From an uncultured Nitrospiraceae bacterium (GTDB lineage: Bacteria > Nitrospirota > Thermodesulfovibrionia > Thermodesulfovibrionales > Dissulfurispiraceae), in NCBI GenBank assembly GCA_963727805.1, contig CAVSHF010000005.1:608001-672000 (forward strand): DNA of 64,000 bases, read 5' to 3'. Below, piece after piece: positions 26,658-36,919 of the stretch. Position 1 is the first letter of the stretch. Every line of letters starts with the position of its first letter. Under the pieces are notes generated by a model that was not told the DNA's origin, made no database searches, and saw nothing but the letters and a program-made list of their open reading frames with translations. The translations under genes were made by a program, and so were the position numbers.

Positions 26658-27404
26658 ATGCGAATACCGGTCATAGCAGCGAACTGGAAGATGAATAAGA
26701 AGATGGACGAGGCCCAGGCCTTTCTCGACGAGTTTATTCCGCTCGTCTGGAACGAGAGAGACGTTGAGATCGTCATTGCACCGGCATACACTGCACTTTA
26801 CACTATGGCCAATTTGCTCAAGATAACTAACATCCGCCTTGCCGCCCAGAATGTCTTTTACGAAGAAAAGGGTGCTTATACCGGTGAGATATCCCCGGTG
26901 ATGCTTACCGATATCGGATGTTCCCATGTGATCATCGGCCATTCAGAGAGGCGTATCTATTTTGGGGAAACCAATGAGGTCGTGAATAAGAAAATCAGGG
27001 CGGCCCGAGAAAACGGACTGCAGGTGATCTTCTGTATTGGAGAGTCACTTGCGGAGAGGGAATCCGGTATGACCTTTGCTATCTTGAAAAAGCAGCTCGA
27101 TGAGGGACTCAGGGACATCGCCTCGAAGGGATTAGTCATCGCCTATGAGCCAGTCTGGGCCATCGGCACGGGAAAAACAGCCACTCCGGACCAGGCGCAG
27201 GAGACCCACGAGGTTATCCGCAAAACGATTGCTGGCATCTACGGCGAAATCGCAAGGGAGATACGGATTCTTTATGGCGGGAGCGTCACCCCTGAAAATG
27301 TCGATATCCTGATGGCCTGCCCTGATGTGGACGGCGCCCTCGTTGGCGGCGCGAGTCTCAAAGCTGACAGTTTTGCTAAAATCGTAAAATATAACAAAAA
27401 GTAG
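26658..27404 (+). CDS. tpiA: Triosephosphate isomerase
   Basis: AANWKM, GHSERR, AYEPVWAIGTG, YGGSV, LVGGAS. Confidence 0.97.
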   Translation: MRIPVIAANWKMNKKMDEAQAFLDEFIPLVWNERDVEIVIAPAYTALYTMANLLKITNIRLAAQNVFYEEKGAYTGEISPVMLTDIGCSHVIIGHSERRIYFGETNEVVNKKIRAARENGLQVIFCIGESLAERESGMTFAILKKQLDEGLRDIASKGLVIAYEPVWAIGTGKTATPDQAQETHEVIRKTIAGIYGEIAREIRILYGGSVTPENVDILMACPDVDGALVGGASLKADSFAKIVKYNKK

Positions 27405-27461
27405 TCTCGTGCCATAAATAAATAAAATGAACTCCCCCGTTGGGGCTATCAGGAGGTTAGT

Positions 27462-27815
27462 GTGCAAGTCTTTTTGTTGATAGTGCATGTTATTGTAAGT
27501 ATCTTTCTTATCCTAATCGTTTTGCTTCAGAGTGGTAAGGGAGCTGAGATGGGAGCTGCATTCGGCGGATCGAGCCAGACCCTCTTCGGCAGCCGCGGAG
27601 CGGCCACGTTTCTGAATAAACTCACAACTGTTGCAGCAGTCCTCTTTATGGTAACCTCGCTTCTGTTAACAATAGTAACAACGAAAGGCTCTTCGGTCAT
27701 CCAGAATGTCCCGGTTGAACAGAGCAAAACGATGCCGCAGCAGTTGCCCCAGCAGCCCCTTTCACAGCCCGCTCCTCAGCAGCAACCAGCTCCTCAGGCG
27801 CCTGTCAGCAAATAA
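27462..27815 (+). CDS. secG: Preprotein translocase subunit SecG
   Basis: [25 protein letters not shown]; follows tpiA. Confidence 0.95.
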   Translation: MQVFLLIVHVIVSIFLILIVLLQSGKGAEMGAAFGGSSQTLFGSRGAATFLNKLTTVAAVLFMVTSLLLTIVTTKGSSVIQNVPVEQSKTMPQQLPQQPLSQPAPQQQPAPQAPVSK

Positions 27816-27842
27816 AAGATGATCCTATGAGTAAATGAGCGT

Positions 27843-29480
27843 ATGGTATCCTCGTTAATGGTCGCCATACGCTCATTTTTTTGTTTATTAAGCTCTTTAA
27901 CTATCTTGATTATTTGCGCTTCAAGTTTCTTTTGCATTGCCGGCTGCGCTAAAGAACCGGATATCAAATACCCGAACGCGATCACCCTGGGATCAGGCGC
28001 CGATGCTAAACGACTACTTCCCTTTTTGGCATCTGACGGCGCTTCAGGCCAAGTGAGCGGCTTTCTTTTCAACGGACTCATCAAATATGACAAAAACCTC
28101 ATTATCACCGGCGATCTCGCAGAATCGTGGGACGTAAGCGCTGACGGACTAACTATCACTTTTCACCTGAGAAAAGGCGTAAAATGGCATGACGGCGTCG
28201 AATTAACGTCAGAAGATGTAATCTTCACCTATGATGCAGTAACAAACCCGAAAATCCCGACACCTTACAGCAGCAATTACGGGCCGGTGAAATCCGTCGA
28301 GGCGCCTGACCGCTATACCATTCGGGTGCATTATAATGAACCTTTTGCCCCTGCTCTCGAATCATGGGGCATGGGCATACTTCCAAAGCATTGTCTCGAA
28401 GGGAAAGACATGGCCTCGCCTGAGATCAACCATCAGCCAGTCGGTACCGGACCATACCGTTTCAGAGAATGGATAACAGGTCAGAAAATAGTCCTTGAGG
28501 CATTCGACGGCTATTTCGAAGGACGGCCAAAAATAGACAGGATCGTCATAAGGGTCATCCCCGATCCGTCGACAATGTTCCTCGAGTTGAAGTTCGGCGG
28601 CATTGATTTTATGGGTCTCACTCCGCCCCAGTATAAACTCCAGGCGGATACAGATTTTTTCAAGCGCTATTTCCAGAAATTCCGATACCCTTCCTTCGGC
28701 TATACCTATCTGGGGTTCAATCTCCAGAATCAGATGTTTTCTGACGAAAGAGTCAGGCAGGCCATGGCACATGCGATCAATAAGAATGAAATCATCGCAG
28801 GTGTTCTGATGGGCTATGGAATTCCTTGTACGGGACCGTTCCCGCCCGAGTCATGGGCATACAACAGGGAAGTCAAGGATATCGATTTCGACCCCGGCAA
28901 GGCCATGGAGATTCTCTCGGAACTCGGCTGGAAAAGAAATGCTGAAGGATGGCTGGAAAAGGGGGGCAAGATTTTTTCATTCACTGTCATAACTAACCAG
29001 GGGAATGAGGAACGGATGAAGGCCGCCCAGATCATAAAGGAGCAACTCAAACGTGTGGGCATTGAAATGAACATTAAGGTACTTGAATGGCAGGCAATGC
29101 TCCACGAGTTTATTGATAAGAAAAAATTCGAGGCAGTCATCATGGGATGGGGACTTTCGCGTGATCCTGATCTTTACGATATCTGGCATTCGTCTAAAAC
29201 AAAGGAAGGTGAATTCAATTTCATCTCTTATAAGAATGAGGAGGTCGACCGGCTTCTGATAAAAGGAAGACAGACCTTTGACATCGGGGAAAGAAGAATA
29301 ATTTATCACCGTATTCATCAAATCCTTTCCGAAGAACAACCAACCATATTTCTCTATGTTCCGGATGCCCTTCCCGTGCTTCATAAAAGGATCAAAGGAG
29401 TAGAACAGGCGCCCATCGGTATCTGGTATGACTACATTCACTGGTATGTTCCGGCAGACCGGACCGCTTGGTATCAATAA
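27843..29480 (+). CDS. ABC transporter peptide-binding lipoprotein (family 5)
   Basis: DLAESW...FHLRKGVKWHDG, PVGTGPY; lipobox IAGC; start uncertain. Confidence 0.88.
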   Translation: MVSSLMVAIRSFFCLLSSLTILIICASSFFCIAGCAKEPDIKYPNAITLGSGADAKRLLPFLASDGASGQVSGFLFNGLIKYDKNLIITGDLAESWDVSADGLTITFHLRKGVKWHDGVELTSEDVIFTYDAVTNPKIPTPYSSNYGPVKSVEAPDRYTIRVHYNEPFAPALESWGMGILPKHCLEGKDMASPEINHQPVGTGPYRFREWITGQKIVLEAFDGYFEGRPKIDRIVIRVIPDPSTMFLELKFGGIDFMGLTPPQYKLQADTDFFKRYFQKFRYPSFGYTYLGFNLQNQMFSDERVRQAMAHAINKNEIIAGVLMGYGIPCTGPFPPESWAYNREVKDIDFDPGKAMEILSELGWKRNAEGWLEKGGKIFSFTVITNQGNEERMKAAQIIKEQLKRVGIEMNIKVLEWQAMLHEFIDKKKFEAVIMGWGLSRDPDLYDIWHSSKTKEGEFNFISYKNEEVDRLLIKGRQTFDIGERRIIYHRIHQILSEEQPTIFLYVPDALPVLHKRIKGVEQAPIGIWYDYIHWYVPADRTAWYQ

Positions 29481-29630
29481 AACCCTTTCACACCACCGTG
29501 CCGCTTGAGATGGGGAAATATAAATTTACTCTTGACAACAAGGGGCGTCTGTGTTAATAATTGATACTAGTGTTTAGGAGAGATCCCTAATTTTGGCGTC
29601 CATATTGATTTGGAAGGAGGTGATTCAAGA

Positions 29631-29837
29631 ATGAAGAAGGTATTGGCAATCGTTCTTTCACTCATGCTGCTCGTAGTTTTCGCAGTTGGTTGCAAGAAGG
29701 CTCCGGAAGCTCCGGCTCCGGCCCCTGCTCCGGCTCCTGCGGCTCCCGCTCCGGCTCCTGCTCCGGCTCCTGAAAAGGCTGGTGAGAAGGCTCCTGAGAA
29801 GCCGATGGAAAAGCCTGCTGAGGCTCCTAAGAAATAG
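29631..29837 (+). CDS. Small Pro/Ala-repeat lipoprotein
   Basis: AAGGAGGTGA RBS, lipobox FAVGC, (AP)n repeat, own TTGACA promoter and terminator. Confidence 0.8.
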   Translation: MKKVLAIVLSLMLLVVFAVGCKKAPEAPAPAPAPAPAAPAPAPAPAPEKAGEKAPEKPMEKPAEAPKK

Positions 29838-29857
29838 CACCGCCTTTAACGGCAAAG

Positions 29858-29900
29858 AACACCATGAGGGACAGCAATGTCTCTCATGGTGTTGCTTTTT
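29858..29900 (+). terminator. Intrinsic terminator
   Basis: AACACCATGAGGGACA-GCAA-TGTCTCTCATGGTGTT then GCTTTTT. Confidence 0.85.
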
Positions 29901-29951
29901 CTAGGGAAATATTGCTATACTAAACCATCATTTTCTGTGATGCAAATTCTT

Positions 29952-29980
29952 AAGAGTGGGCAATCCCACTCTTTTGTTTT
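29952..29980 (+). promoter_or_regulatory. rimP leader hairpin (attenuator-like)
   Basis: AAGAGTGGG-CAAT-CCCACTCTT plus T-tract just upstream of rimP, as commonly seen before rimP-nusA. Confidence 0.7.
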
Positions 29981-29994
29981 ATGGGACCAATGAT

Positions 29995-30504
29995 ATGATT
30001 CGCGCTACTGAAATAAAAGAGAAGATTTATGAGCTTGCCCAGCAGGTGGCCGAAGACGAGCAGATCGAGCTCGTCGACGTAACAATCCTCGGCGCCGGGA
30101 AAAAGATGCTGGTGAGGGTCACCATCGATAAGGAAAGCGGGGTGACGATAAGCGACTGTGAGCGCATGAGCAGAGGCCTCGAGGCGTTGCTGGATGTAGA
30201 GGACCTTATCCAGGTAGCCTATATGCTCGAAGTATCATCGCCGGGCCTTGATAGGCCTCTTACAAAAATGAGGGACTTTGAGAGAAGCAGGGGCAAACTA
30301 GCGAGAATCATCACATCGGAAAAGATCGGAAACGAATCGTTCTTTATCGGAAGGGTTATCGACACCGGTGACAACTGGATAAGACTCCGGCTTGAGGAAA
30401 AGTCCGTCAAGAGACCGTCAAAAAAGAAGGTTTCGGAAGAACCAAGAGATGTCTTCATCCCCTTTGAAAATATTTCGAAGGCCAAACTCGAAATAGAGTC
30501 TTGA
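29995..30504 (+). CDS. rimP: Ribosome maturation factor RimP
   Basis: GVTISDCE, YMLEVSSPGLDRPL; precedes nusA. Confidence 0.93.
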   Translation: MIRATEIKEKIYELAQQVAEDEQIELVDVTILGAGKKMLVRVTIDKESGVTISDCERMSRGLEALLDVEDLIQVAYMLEVSSPGLDRPLTKMRDFERSRGKLARIITSEKIGNESFFIGRVIDTGDNWIRLRLEEKSVKRPSKKKVSEEPRDVFIPFENISKAKLEIES

Positions 30505-30530
30505 AATAGAGAATTACGAGGAGTATCGAT

Positions 30531-31652
30531 ATGTCAAAAGAACTCTGTTTTGTAATAGATCAGATAGGAAGGGACAAGGGCCTCTCCCGCGATGCCCTGC
30601 TGAAACTTCTTGAAGCTGCGCTGCTGTCGGCGGCAAAAAAGCGTTTTGTGAATAAACCTAACATAGACCTGCGGATAGACCACAAGACCTGCAATATTGC
30701 CGTCTTTGAGGTCAAAACCATTGTTGAAACTGTAACCGCTCCAAATGAGGAGATGTCCGTCAGCGAAGCACAGACGCTCCATCCCGGCAAGACCATCGGT
30801 GATACGGTTGAAATACCGGTACTCTTGCAGGATTTCGGAAGGATAGCTGCCCAGACCGCAAAACAGGTCCTCTTTCAGAAGGTGCGAGAGGCAGAACGCG
30901 ACATTATCTTCGAAGAATACAAAGATAAGATCGGACAGATCATCAGCGGTACGGTTATCAGGAAAGAGAAAGGTTTTTACTTTGTCGCCGTTGGCAAAGC
31001 AGAGGCGGTCCTGCCCCAGAGGGAAACACTTCCCAGCGAGACTCTAAAGAGGGGCGATATCGTAAAGGCCTACCTTGCAGATGTGAAGCAAACTGCCAAG
31101 GGGCCGGCGATCGTCCTTTCCAGAACCGATGCCAATTTTATTGCCGGCCTTTTCAAGATGGAAGTCCCAGAAATACATGATGGGATTGTCCTAATCAGAG
31201 GTATGGCAAGAGAACCCGGAGAGCGAACGAAGATAGCGGTTGCTTCGAAAGACAGCTCTGTCGATGCCGTCGGAGCCTGTGTTGGTATGAAGGGTACGCG
31301 GGTCCAGTCCATTGTACGAGAAGTTAAAGGCGAGCGTATCGATATAATTCCCTGGAGCGATGACCCGCGCATCTTCATCGCTAGGGCACTGACACCCGCG
31401 AACGTCGACAGGGTCGGCATCGACGAGGCCGGCACCGATAAGAGAGCTATGGTCATTGCGGATGACCAGCAACTGTCCCTTGCCATCGGTAAACGAGGTG
31501 TGAACATTAAGCTCGCTTCGAAGTTAACGGGATGGGAAATCGATATCCTGAGCGAATCGGAATACTCCAAACTCAAGCTCGAAGAGGCGGATAAAGCGCT
31601 TGACGAGTCGTTAAAAAAAGATTCTCAAGAGAAGGCGGAAGAATCGCAGTAG
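30531..31652 (+). CDS. nusA: Transcription termination factor NusA
   Basis: FGRIAAQTAKQV, AREPGERTKIAV, GACVGMKG, SLAIGKRG. Confidence 0.96.
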   Translation: MSKELCFVIDQIGRDKGLSRDALLKLLEAALLSAAKKRFVNKPNIDLRIDHKTCNIAVFEVKTIVETVTAPNEEMSVSEAQTLHPGKTIGDTVEIPVLLQDFGRIAAQTAKQVLFQKVREAERDIIFEEYKDKIGQIISGTVIRKEKGFYFVAVGKAEAVLPQRETLPSETLKRGDIVKAYLADVKQTAKGPAIVLSRTDANFIAGLFKMEVPEIHDGIVLIRGMAREPGERTKIAVASKDSSVDAVGACVGMKGTRVQSIVREVKGERIDIIPWSDDPRIFIARALTPANVDRVGIDEAGTDKRAMVIADDQQLSLAIGKRGVNIKLASKLTGWEIDILSESEYSKLKLEEADKALDESLKKDSQEKAEESQ

Positions 31653-31684
31653 GGGCAATCCATGAATTACCCTTACTACCTTGA

Positions 31685-33772
31685 ATGGATATCCTCTCCC
31701 CCATCCAGTATGTAAAAGGTGTCGGTCCCCGGCGCGCAGCACTACTGGCGCGGCTGGGGATAGTGAGTGTAAGGGATGCCCTCTTCCACCTGCCCTCCCG
31801 ATACGAAGACCGCAGTTCCATAAAGAAGATCGTACAACTCTCATATGGAGAGATTCATACGGTCACCGGCAAGGTAATCAAGTCGGAGGTCGTACCCGCG
31901 AGCCCCCGAAAGCCACGTCTCAAGATATTTTCCGTTGTCATAACCGACGGGAGCGGCGCTCTGACCGCTAAATGGTTCAATCAAACCTACCTCAACAGGA
32001 TATTCAAGCCTTCGCAACAGGTGGTTTTTTACGGCCTTGTTAAGGCCAACTATTGGGGGAGCGGATTCGAGATGGTCAACCCTGAATTCGAGATCGTCGA
32101 TGATGACGAAGACGATGACGATCATATCAACACCGGAAGGATCGTCCCTCTTTATGGCCTGACAGAAGGGCTCAGCCAGAGGCAACTCCGGAGCATTATT
32201 CATGCAACGTTGAATAACACCCTTCCCTCTATTTCAGACCCCATGCCGGATGATATCATTGCCGGCCTCCGGCTTCCGGGGCTTACGGAGAGCTTAGAGG
32301 CCGTTCATTTTCCTCCACCACAGACATCCCTCATTGATCTAAACAGCGGGACGAGCCCCTATCAGCAGCGCCTTGCCTTTGACGAACTCTTCACTCTTGA
32401 GCTTGGGTTGGCAGCGATAAAGAACAGGGAAACCGCTGAAAAGGGCGTCTCATTTGTCCCTACCGGCAAACTCACTGGTAAGCTTCTGGAAAAACTCCCC
32501 TTTAGACTGACCGGCGCTCAGCAACGGGTCATTGACGACATCACGAAGGACATGAAATCCAACGTTCCCATGAATAGACTCGTGCAGGGAGATGTGGGAT
32601 GCGGGAAAACTATAGTCGCTTTAATTTCAATGCTCATCGCCGTAGAAAGCGGCTATCAGGCAGCCCTGATGGCACCGACCGAAATACTCGCTGAACAGCA
32701 TTACTTCAATATCCTTAGTATGGCGGAGTATCTGGGACTGAATATCAATCTCCTCACTGGAAGTAAAAAAGAGAAAGATTACGACATCATCGCTTCTGGA
32801 AATGCAGATATCGTGATCGGCACTCATGCTCTGATACAGGAAGGCGTATCGTTTAAAAAGCTCGGTCTCATCGTTATAGATGAACAGCACCGTTTCGGCG
32901 TCATGCAAAGAGCTCAGCTCAGAAAGAAGGGAATCAATCCCGATACGCTCATAATGACCGCAACGCCGATTCCACGTACACTCGCCCTCACCTTTTATGG
33001 AGATCTCGATTATTCCCTTATAGATGAACTTCCTCCGAACAGGACTCCCGTGGACACCAAAGTCATTCGCGAGACACAGAAAGACATCGCATATGAACTG
33101 ATCAAGCGTGAAACAAAGGCGGGGCGGCAAGTATACGTGGTATACCCACTCATCGAAGAGTCGGACAAAACTACTCTCAGGGCTGCTATCACAGGAATGG
33201 AGGGGCTCCAGAAAAAATTCCCCACTCTCAGGGTTGGCCTAATTCACGGCAAGCTACCGACATCCGAAAGAGAAGAGATGATGCGGGAATTCAAGCAGGG
33301 CTCCATCCATCTTCTTGTATCCACGACTGTCATAGAGGTCGGCGTCGATGTACCTAACGCGACACTCATGGTGATCATTCATGCCGAACGCTTCGGGCTC
33401 TCGCAGCTCCACCAATTGCGCGGGAGGGTCGGAAGGGGAGCGGATAAGTCCCATTGCATCTTGCTTAATTACGGTGGATCTGTCGACGCGATGAAGCGGC
33501 TCGATGTCATGGCCCGCACCAACGACGGCTTCATAATAGCCGAAGAGGACCTGAATATTCGCGGTCCGGGTGAATTCTTCGGCACCCGGCAATCAGGACT
33601 GCCAGACCTCAAGGCCGCCAACCTCCTGCGGGATTATAAACTTCTTGAAGCAGCAAGGAAACAGGCATTCAGTCTGATCGCTAAAGACCCTTCTCTTGCG
33701 CGATATCCTAAATTGAGGATTGCCCTCGAAGACTTCTGGGGTAAGAGGCTGGAGTTGTTCAAAACAGCCTGA
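31685..33772 (+). CDS. recG: ATP-dependent DNA helicase RecG
   Basis: QGDVGCGKT, DEQHRFG, MTATPIPRT, LHQLRGRVGRG. Confidence 0.96.
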   Translation: MDILSPIQYVKGVGPRRAALLARLGIVSVRDALFHLPSRYEDRSSIKKIVQLSYGEIHTVTGKVIKSEVVPASPRKPRLKIFSVVITDGSGALTAKWFNQTYLNRIFKPSQQVVFYGLVKANYWGSGFEMVNPEFEIVDDDEDDDDHINTGRIVPLYGLTEGLSQRQLRSIIHATLNNTLPSISDPMPDDIIAGLRLPGLTESLEAVHFPPPQTSLIDLNSGTSPYQQRLAFDELFTLELGLAAIKNRETAEKGVSFVPTGKLTGKLLEKLPFRLTGAQQRVIDDITKDMKSNVPMNRLVQGDVGCGKTIVALISMLIAVESGYQAALMAPTEILAEQHYFNILSMAEYLGLNINLLTGSKKEKDYDIIASGNADIVIGTHALIQEGVSFKKLGLIVIDEQHRFGVMQRAQLRKKGINPDTLIMTATPIPRTLALTFYGDLDYSLIDELPPNRTPVDTKVIRETQKDIAYELIKRETKAGRQVYVVYPLIEESDKTTLRAAITGMEGLQKKFPTLRVGLIHGKLPTSEREEMMREFKQGSIHLLVSTTVIEVGVDVPNATLMVIIHAERFGLSQLHQLRGRVGRGADKSHCILLNYGGSVDAMKRLDVMARTNDGFIIAEEDLNIRGPGEFFGTRQSGLPDLKAANLLRDYKLLEAARKQAFSLIAKDPSLARYPKLRIALEDFWGKRLELFKTA

Positions 33773-33846
33773 GTTATCAAGGCGAAGTTCAGGGGTTGCG
33801 AAATTTCTTCTGCAACATTACAATTAACAAGGCAGAGGGCAAAAAT

Positions 33847-34158
33847 ATGTACACTCGATTAAAGAATGATCTCGAAGACGGTTTAAACAAAATCAGATGG
33901 TTCGCCGATCTGCTTTCGGAACGGGTCAGGATCGAGTTGACTGTTTTCAGGCTCCTCTACCAGGCAGAGGAACTCAAGAAAAAACGCGATGTTCTTCTCA
34001 AAAAAATCGGCGAAGAAATTTATCATATGCACAACACCGAAAAAGACCTCCACCCCAGCACGGAAGTAATAGATATCATCAAGGAGATAGAGGCGCTGGA
34101 GCCACAAATAAAGGAGGCCTTCGACAAGGCCTCCGAGATAAGCAGGATAACATCATGA
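33847..34158 (+). CDS. Hypothetical coiled-coil protein
   Basis: GAGG RBS, helical composition, stop overlaps the pilD start. Confidence 0.65.
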   Translation: MYTRLKNDLEDGLNKIRWFADLLSERVRIELTVFRLLYQAEELKKKRDVLLKKIGEEIYHMHNTEKDLHPSTEVIDIIKEIEALEPQIKEAFDKASEISRITS

Positions 34159-34925
34159 TCCTTTATGTAATAATCGCTTTACTGTTCGGCCTCATCATCG
34201 GTTCTTTTCTCAATGTGTGCATCTATCGTATTCCGAGAGAGCAGTCTATCGTCAATCCTCCCTCTTCCTGCCCCGTGTGCGGGGCGCCGATCAAGCCGTG
34301 GGACAATATCCCGCTTGTCAGTTATCTGCTGCTGGCCGGCAAGTGCAGAAAATGCGGAGTAAAGATTTCACTACGATATCCTGTAGTCGAGCTGCTCAAC
34401 GGCATAATGTATGCGGCGGTAGTGCTCCGTTTCGGCATCGGGTGGTACCTGCCGTTGTTATTCGCCCTTGTATCTGCTATGGTCGTCATCACCTTTATCG
34501 ATCTCGATTTCCAGATTATCCCTGATGTTATCACACTGCCTGGCATGATTATCGGCTTAGCCGCTGCTCACTTTCTCCTTCCGGATCCCTTTGCAAGATA
34601 TTCTGTCCTGGGCTTTTCGAATTCACTTATAGGCCTGTTTGCCGGAGGGGTTTCTTTCTATCTTATCGCCATCCTGAGCAAGGGAGGCATGGGCGGCGGA
34701 GACGTCAAGATGATGGCTATGGTAGGCGCCTTCATGGGGTGGAAGGGTGTGTTCCTTACGACTCTTATCGGCAGCCTCACAGGCTCTTTGGTCGGGATTG
34801 CCCTTATTCTATTCAAAGGTAAGGGGAGAAAGACTAAAATACCCTTCGGCCCTTTCCTAGCGCTCGGTTCGTTTGTGACCCTTTTTTTCGGCAGTTTCAT
34901 CATTGATTGGTATTTTCCAAGCTAG
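34155..34925 (+). CDS. pilD: Prepilin peptidase
   Basis: GSFLNVCIYRIP, CPVC/CRKC, FIDLD, MGGGDVK, IPFGPFL; start MILYV at 34155. Confidence 0.93.
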   Translation: MILYVIIALLFGLIIGSFLNVCIYRIPREQSIVNPPSSCPVCGAPIKPWDNIPLVSYLLLAGKCRKCGVKISLRYPVVELLNGIMYAAVVLRFGIGWYLPLLFALVSAMVVITFIDLDFQIIPDVITLPGMIIGLAAAHFLLPDPFARYSVLGFSNSLIGLFAGGVSFYLIAILSKGGMGGGDVKMMAMVGAFMGWKGVFLTTLIGSLTGSLVGIALILFKGKGRKTKIPFGPFLALGSFVTLFFGSFIIDWYFPS

Positions 34926-35060
34926 ATCAGATATAATAAAAATCTGCATCAACCAAGTAACCGTCTTTCATAGTTCATCATGATCGGGGAAATAATGAAG
35001 GTTGGATGTCTATTCAAACTAATAACATTTAATGGTTAATCGAGGTCAAGGGAAGAATTA

Positions 35061-36869
35061 ATGAGAAGAGAAGATTTAAGAAATATCGCCATCATCGCCC
35101 ATGTCGACCACGGCAAAACTACACTCGTCGACGGGATGCTGAGGCAGGCTGGCATCTTCAGGGCTAATCAGCAGATCCAGGAGCGTGTTATGGACTCTAA
35201 CGATCTCGAGCGGGAGCGCGGCATCACGATCATGGCAAAAAATACAGCGGTAGAATATCACGGCTGCAAGATCAACATTGTCGACACCCCCGGCCATGCT
35301 GACTTCGGAGGCGAGGTAGAACGGATACTCAAGATGGTCGACGGTGTGCTACTTTTGGTCGATGCCTCGGAAGGCCCTCTCCCCCAGACCCGCTTCGTGC
35401 TCAAAAAAGCCCTGGACCTTCACCTCAAGCCCATCCTCGTAATTAACAAAATAGACCGACCCGATGCTCGTATCCAGGAAGTGCTGAATGAAGTATACGA
35501 TCTTTTCATTGATCTCGATGCCACCGAGGAACAACTCGAATTCCCCATCGCCTACACAAACGCAAAGCGTGGCACCGCCACGACAAATCTTACTACTGAG
35601 GGCGAGAACCTGAAGCCTCTATTTGATCTCATCCTAAGCACTATCCCAGCGCCAGAGGGCGACCCTAAGGGCATACTACAGCTTCTCGTAACGAATATCG
35701 ATTACAACGACTACGTAGGGCGCCTTGCCATTGGCAAAATATTTTCGGGTACGGTAAAAGTCGGGAACCAGGTCGCCATGTTCACGCATGACCAGAAGCT
35801 TGTGAAGACCAAGATTACCTCCATCTTTACCTTCCAAGGACTCGAACGGATCGATGCAACTGAGATAGCTGTCGGAGATATCGTCGCCCTTGCAGGACTT
35901 GAGGGGATCAATATCGGGGACACTATAACCGACATCGAAAATCCCAAACCCCTGCCAAGGATCACCGTAGACGAGCCGACGATTTCGATGGTTTTTTCGG
36001 TCAACACATCGCCTTTTTCAGGTCTTGACGGGAAATACGTGACATCGAGACACTTGCGCGAGAGACTCGAAAAGGAACTCCTTTACAACGTTGCCATAAA
36101 AGTAGAATTCGATAACCCCGACTCATTCAAGGTAATGGGGAGAGGAGAGCTTCAGCTCGCCATATTGATCGAAATGATGCGGCGGGAAGGATACGAGCTT
36201 TCCGTTTCAATGCCTGAAACAATCACTAAGGAGGTAGACGGCAAGCTGCACGAACCCATGGAACTGCTCGTCATTGATATCCCCGAAGATTTCGTGGGTG
36301 TCGTTACTCAGCAGGTAGGGATGCGTAAAGGCCGGATGCAGAAAATGCAGAACAACGGCCACGGAAGGGTACGGCTCGAATTCAGGATACCGTCTCGCGG
36401 CCTAATAGGCTTCAGGTCACAATTTCTTACGGATACAAAAGGCACCGGACTCTTAAACCACATTTTCGACGGCTACGAGCCTTGGCACGGTCATATGACA
36501 AAGCGCCAGACAGGAGTTCTTGTTGCCGACAGGCCTGGCAAATCAAATACATATGCCCTGTTTCACCTTCAACCGAGAGGCACCCTCTTCATTCGCGAAA
36601 ACACGCCTGTCTACGAGGGAATGATTGTCGGCGAAAACGCCAGGGAAGCGGACCTCGACGTTAACGTAACCAAGGAAAAGAAACTCACCAATATGCGGGC
36701 CGCAAGCGCAGACGACATTATGCAGCTTATCCCTCCAAGGCTCCTAAACCTTGATCAGGCACTAGAGTTCATTAAAGAAGACGAACTCGTTGAAGTGACG
36801 CCCCAATCGGTTAGGCTGAGGAAAAGTGTGCTTGAAGCAAATAAGAGACCTAGGGCGAATAAAGCCTAA
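35061..36869 (+). CDS. typA: Translational GTPase TypA/BipA
   Basis: [34 protein letters not shown]. Confidence 0.96.
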   Translation: MRREDLRNIAIIAHVDHGKTTLVDGMLRQAGIFRANQQIQERVMDSNDLERERGITIMAKNTAVEYHGCKINIVDTPGHADFGGEVERILKMVDGVLLLVDASEGPLPQTRFVLKKALDLHLKPILVINKIDRPDARIQEVLNEVYDLFIDLDATEEQLEFPIAYTNAKRGTATTNLTTEGENLKPLFDLILSTIPAPEGDPKGILQLLVTNIDYNDYVGRLAIGKIFSGTVKVGNQVAMFTHDQKLVKTKITSIFTFQGLERIDATEIAVGDIVALAGLEGINIGDTITDIENPKPLPRITVDEPTISMVFSVNTSPFSGLDGKYVTSRHLRERLEKELLYNVAIKVEFDNPDSFKVMGRGELQLAILIEMMRREGYELSVSMPETITKEVDGKLHEPMELLVIDIPEDFVGVVTQQVGMRKGRMQKMQNNGHGRVRLEFRIPSRGLIGFRSQFLTDTKGTGLLNHIFDGYEPWHGHMTKRQTGVLVADRPGKSNTYALFHLQPRGTLFIRENTPVYEGMIVGENAREADLDVNVTKEKKLTNMRAASADDIMQLIPPRLLNLDQALEFIKEDELVEVTPQSVRLRKSVLEANKRPRANKA

Positions 36870-36919
36870 TTTACCGTGTTATAATTCCTGAGGCCCAACA
36901 GTGCTCTGGAATAAGAAAC

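Noticed and set aside
27816..27842. tRNA expected after secG, or upstream of thrS
   Set aside because: Intergenic spaces are too short and I saw no cloverleaf or T-loop motif; no tRNA or rRNA recognised anywhere in the window
29700..29830. GCTCCG-type tandem repeats as a CRISPR array or non-coding repeat
   Set aside because: Codon-phase repeats encoding (Ala-Pro)n; no spacers and no cas genes in the window
33897..34154. N-terminal extension of prepilin peptidase in the ORF track
   Set aside because: Overlaps the upstream CDS in another frame; the family-like sequence starts at ATG 34155
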